A stretch of DNA of 18,302 nt, taken from assembly GCA_000388065.2 (NCBI GenBank), contig KB932208.1; one strand, written 5' to 3'. This document shows, piece by piece, positions 15,022-18,302 of the stretch. How positions within the stretch are numbered: the first letter of the stretch is position 1; each line of letters starts with the position of its first letter. The stretch is from Fonticula alba ATCC 38817. Taxonomy: Eukaryota; Protista; Nucleariida. Below the pieces are notes generated by a model that saw only the letters and a list, made by a program, of their open reading frames with translations, ran no database searches and was not told where the DNA came from. A program made the translations under genes and the position numbers.

Positions 15022-15988
15022 CCCCCCCCCCCCCCCCCCCCCCGGCCCCTGCCCCAGGGGGATCTGGAGGGGGAGGAGCGCTCGAGATGCTCCATCCCCG
15101 CGGAGTGGACGCGCCCCTCCCTCTCGACAAAAGTCCCCCCCTCCCCCCCGCCCCCCACAGTGGGCGCGGGGCATCAGCCGGCCCTAGACCCGGTCGGCAG
15201 CCGGGGCGGTGGTGCGGGCGGCGCGCGGAGGCGCGGGCGGTGCTCGCGGGAATGGCAGATGCCCCAGCATGTCCTTTAACCAGAAGTTGAGCACAGCCAG
15301 GGAAATGCCGCCGAGGGGAGGCTTATCCACCCAGGTGTTTGTTTCCCCCCTTGTGTGGTGGACATTTTGTGCGCCACCCCCCGGCCCCTCCTCGAGCGCG
15401 TTGCCCCCTCGGTCCAACACTTGGCCCCCACCCCCCTCTGCCTGACCGCCCCAAACACGCCTGCCATGTATTCGTGTGCGCGTGATGGCGCAAAGGGTCG
15501 GGTTTTCATCCTTTCGCCAGGAGCAAAGGCCCGGCCGGCGGCGGGAGGTTGTTCCATTTGTCACTTCCATATGCCGACGGCCCAGGCCCCTTTGGTCAGG
15601 GAAACCTTCGGTCCCAGCGCTCCCCCCGCCGCCCCCGGATGTGTCTCTTTGCGGTTAACGTGGCCTGGCTCGAGCCGGTCTCCCATGTAACCCCTGATAT
15701 GCTTGCCCGCTGCACGAGGGCCCTCGCCATGCCTTGGGGATGCGAATGGCGATGAGAGAGAGAGAGAGAGGGAGGATGCGTGCGTCCCTTGCAGTGTGTG
15801 GACCCCCCTCGCGCATCAGGCAGATGCCAGATTCCGCCAGGGTGGGCAGGACCAAAAGAACGGCTCAGTGTGTGTATGGGGATGATTCGGGCGTCCGTGT
15901 GGGGGGTGGTACGTGCGTGAGCATGTGTGACTGGGAAGACTCCCCGCCCCGCTGGCCTGCGCAGACAGCAACCATATGTGTATGTATG

Positions 15989-15990
<2 letters not shown>

Positions 15991-16028
<38 letters not shown>
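15991..16028. repeat. (TG)19 microsatellite
   Basis: Directly visible perfect run. Confidence 0.95.
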
Positions 16029-16029
<1 letters not shown>

Positions 16030-16569
16030 CGAGGGTGAGTCGCTGGAAATGCAAATTAATTCCGGTGCTCGAGGTCGCACGCTCATGGGGCACGGAGCGC
16101 GCTGGTGTGGCTCTTGTTGTGTGTAGGACTCTTTGGCTCCTTTCCAGTCCAGTACTGGCACCACATAGGCAACATATCGAGAGAAAAAAAAGCACATCGA
16201 GAAGACAGCCCCATCTGACAGCCGCAGGAATTCACGCCACACACTGGGCCCTCTCACTGGGGAGGATGGGCCCTGAAGGTGGTGCGCTGCTCACCCTCTG
16301 GCGCCCCCGCACTTTTCCACCGCCTCCTCCCCCCGGGGCGCCCTGGCCCGGCTGGGGTGATGGCGAGTGTTCTGATCGTGATGAGGTCCGGGGATGGGAG
16401 GAGGAGACCCGGGAAGTACATCCGCACCACCAATCCGACCGCGAGCAGATGATGACTGGATGTGTGAGGCCACCGGGGGCTCGAGAGGGAGGGCGGGCGA
16501 GTGGGCATGCGTTCAGGCCCCAGCAGGGGGGCCTCATAGCCACAACCTCCGGTCGTAGTCGGCCGGGAT

Positions 16570-16602
<33 letters not shown>

Positions 16603-17906
16603 TCCTTCTGGGGGGGAGGGGGGGGCGGGGGAGGCTGTGCGATGGTTGGGCGCGGAGGGAGCCAGTTACACCGATATGCCCTGGGGTGGGACTGAGGCCG
16701 CCGAGTTTGTAGTTTGTGAGCCCGACATCAAGTGGCCGCGAGTCTGGCAAGGGGGGCTCCCTTGCGTCGCCCCAGCCCCTTCTGCCAGACGAGCCCGTCG
16801 TCGGAGAGCATGCCGAGCCCATGGACCACGGGGGGCAAGGGCGGGAGCGGTGGCGCCAGGGGGGAAAATTGCTCAATAAAACAGAAGCACCTTTTTTCCC
16901 CTGGTGGCTGGTGCGAAGCGCGTACCCCCCTACTTGTCGCGCACCGGGAGTCTGCATGCGAGCGCGGGAAGCGGGTGGGTGGGCGAGCGGGCGGGCAAAC
17001 GAGCGAGAAAGTGCAAGCGAATGCTGCGGCGAGCAGCATGCCGTTTTCATGGGGGGAGCCCCGAGGCACGGGGGGGGGGGGGGGGCAGGAAGAGCCGGCG
17101 GGCAGCGCATGGATTCCCCGATTTCGGCGGGGCGCTTCGCAAGCATGCATGCCCGCGACATCCACGCACTTACATACATCCACACGCACTGCGACATACC
17201 TAAAATGACAGCTGCTCTTAATCGCTTTGTCCACCGGGCGGCCTCTGTGCGTCTCATTGCCAGCATTGCTCGGGACTCGATCTGGCTTGTGGCCGTGGCG
17301 TGGGCGTCTCCCACCGGGGGAAGACCCTCCAAGCGAGTCGAAGAGGCAGAAGGGGAAGAAAAAGAAAAGGGAACACCGCGGCGACCGGGCCCGGTTGAGC
17401 GCAGAGCACCGCGCTCCGCCGGGCGCATCGGCCACGATCGTTCTCCGCGTACCGGGTCAAATGGCATATTCCCCGGATGGGGCGATGCTAGCGGCTGGAG
17501 ACTCGCGTGAGGGGGGAGGGCAGGGGGGGGGGGAGGGGGGGGCGGGGCGAGCGGGCCCGACGGTCAGCATGTCCAGGCGGGAGGCGCGGGGGGCTTTGTC
17601 TCGGTGGTGCCGCTATCGCCAACGAAAACCACGACCCCGAATCATCGGCCTATATCTCACTGCCGCCGAGCGGGCGGGCGGGGGGGCGGACGCACGGCCG
17701 GCCGCGCCGGCCGTTGGTCGTGCCTGTGACTTGGCAAAGCGTCAGTCTCGCATGCTCGTGTCGATCTATGTCCCTGTGCAGTTCCCCTCGGGCGAGTGGC
17801 TGCACGCGAGGTTGGGGACTGCCGCCCGGATGCTGTCGCCCGGGAGGGGACCGGTCCGGGGCTGTGACGCCGGAGCATGCCCGCACCCATTAACCTGCAG
17901 CACACA

Positions 17907-17910
<4 letters not shown>

Positions 17911-17942
<32 letters not shown>

Positions 17943-17961
17943 CTCTCTCTCTCTCTCTCTC
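17911..17961. repeat. Compound (CA)n(CT)n microsatellite
   Basis: Directly visible. Similar GA/CT and CA/TG runs occur near 7654, 9085, 9650, 11881, 15746 and 16568. Confidence 0.95.
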
Positions 17962-18302
17962 GATCTTCATGAGCATTTCGGGCACTGGCTCCTGCGGCCG
18001 CGGGGGTAGCAGCCACTGTCGGGCGGCGGCGATGGCAGCGGCCTCGGCGGTCGGATGGATCTGCCAGGGTCAGAGCATGGGTGATCAGCGCCCCGCGTCA
18101 TCGCCGACACCGGGCGAGGAGCGGACAAGTGGGGGGGGCGGATCTTGTTGATCTGCGCGGTGGCTGCCTGGTCGATCGCCTCGGCCCGGGGGGTCGTGCC
18201 CGCCAAGGGCCAGCGCCGGGCGTGCGCGCGCGCGCTCACATTACCGATGGATTTTCCCACGATCGGGATGCGTGGTCCGGTGGGGGGCCCGCGGCGGGGG
18301 CG

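Noticed and set aside
16232-18009. ORFs 16232-17467 (-), 16716-17510 (+) and 17227-18009 (+) as genes
   Set aside because: They overlap on both strands, read through microsatellites and G runs, and show atypical codon use with no recognisable motifs.

Overview
GC-rich, intron-containing eukaryotic DNA from a draft assembly with two N-gaps and about 20 long G/C homopolymers. There is no prokaryotic, CRISPR, rRNA/tRNA or transposase signal. The fungal-type Snf1 C-terminus, GC content and intron style suggest a unicellular holomycotan such as Fonticula; this is an inference and was not verified. Four spliced genes can be built by hand with every intron in phase: (1) a + strand, 5'-partial orphan protein with a C-terminal membrane anchor, whose last exon is broken by an Illumina adapter remnant and two exact tandem duplications; (2) a - strand, ~1648-aa SNF1/AMPK-alpha kinase (5 exons) inflated by low-complexity insertions; (3) a + strand mitochondrial-type DnaJ (3 exons) with only two of the four zinc-finger repeats; (4) a - strand divergent UBC13/UBE2N-like E2 (5 exons). 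The last ~4.5 kb has no supportable CDS. I found no convincing new multi-gene system. The best leads are the domain oddities in genes 2-4, a uniform non-canonical GTRCGY splice-donor consensus (11/11 introns), and clear assembly artefacts that corrupt gene 1.
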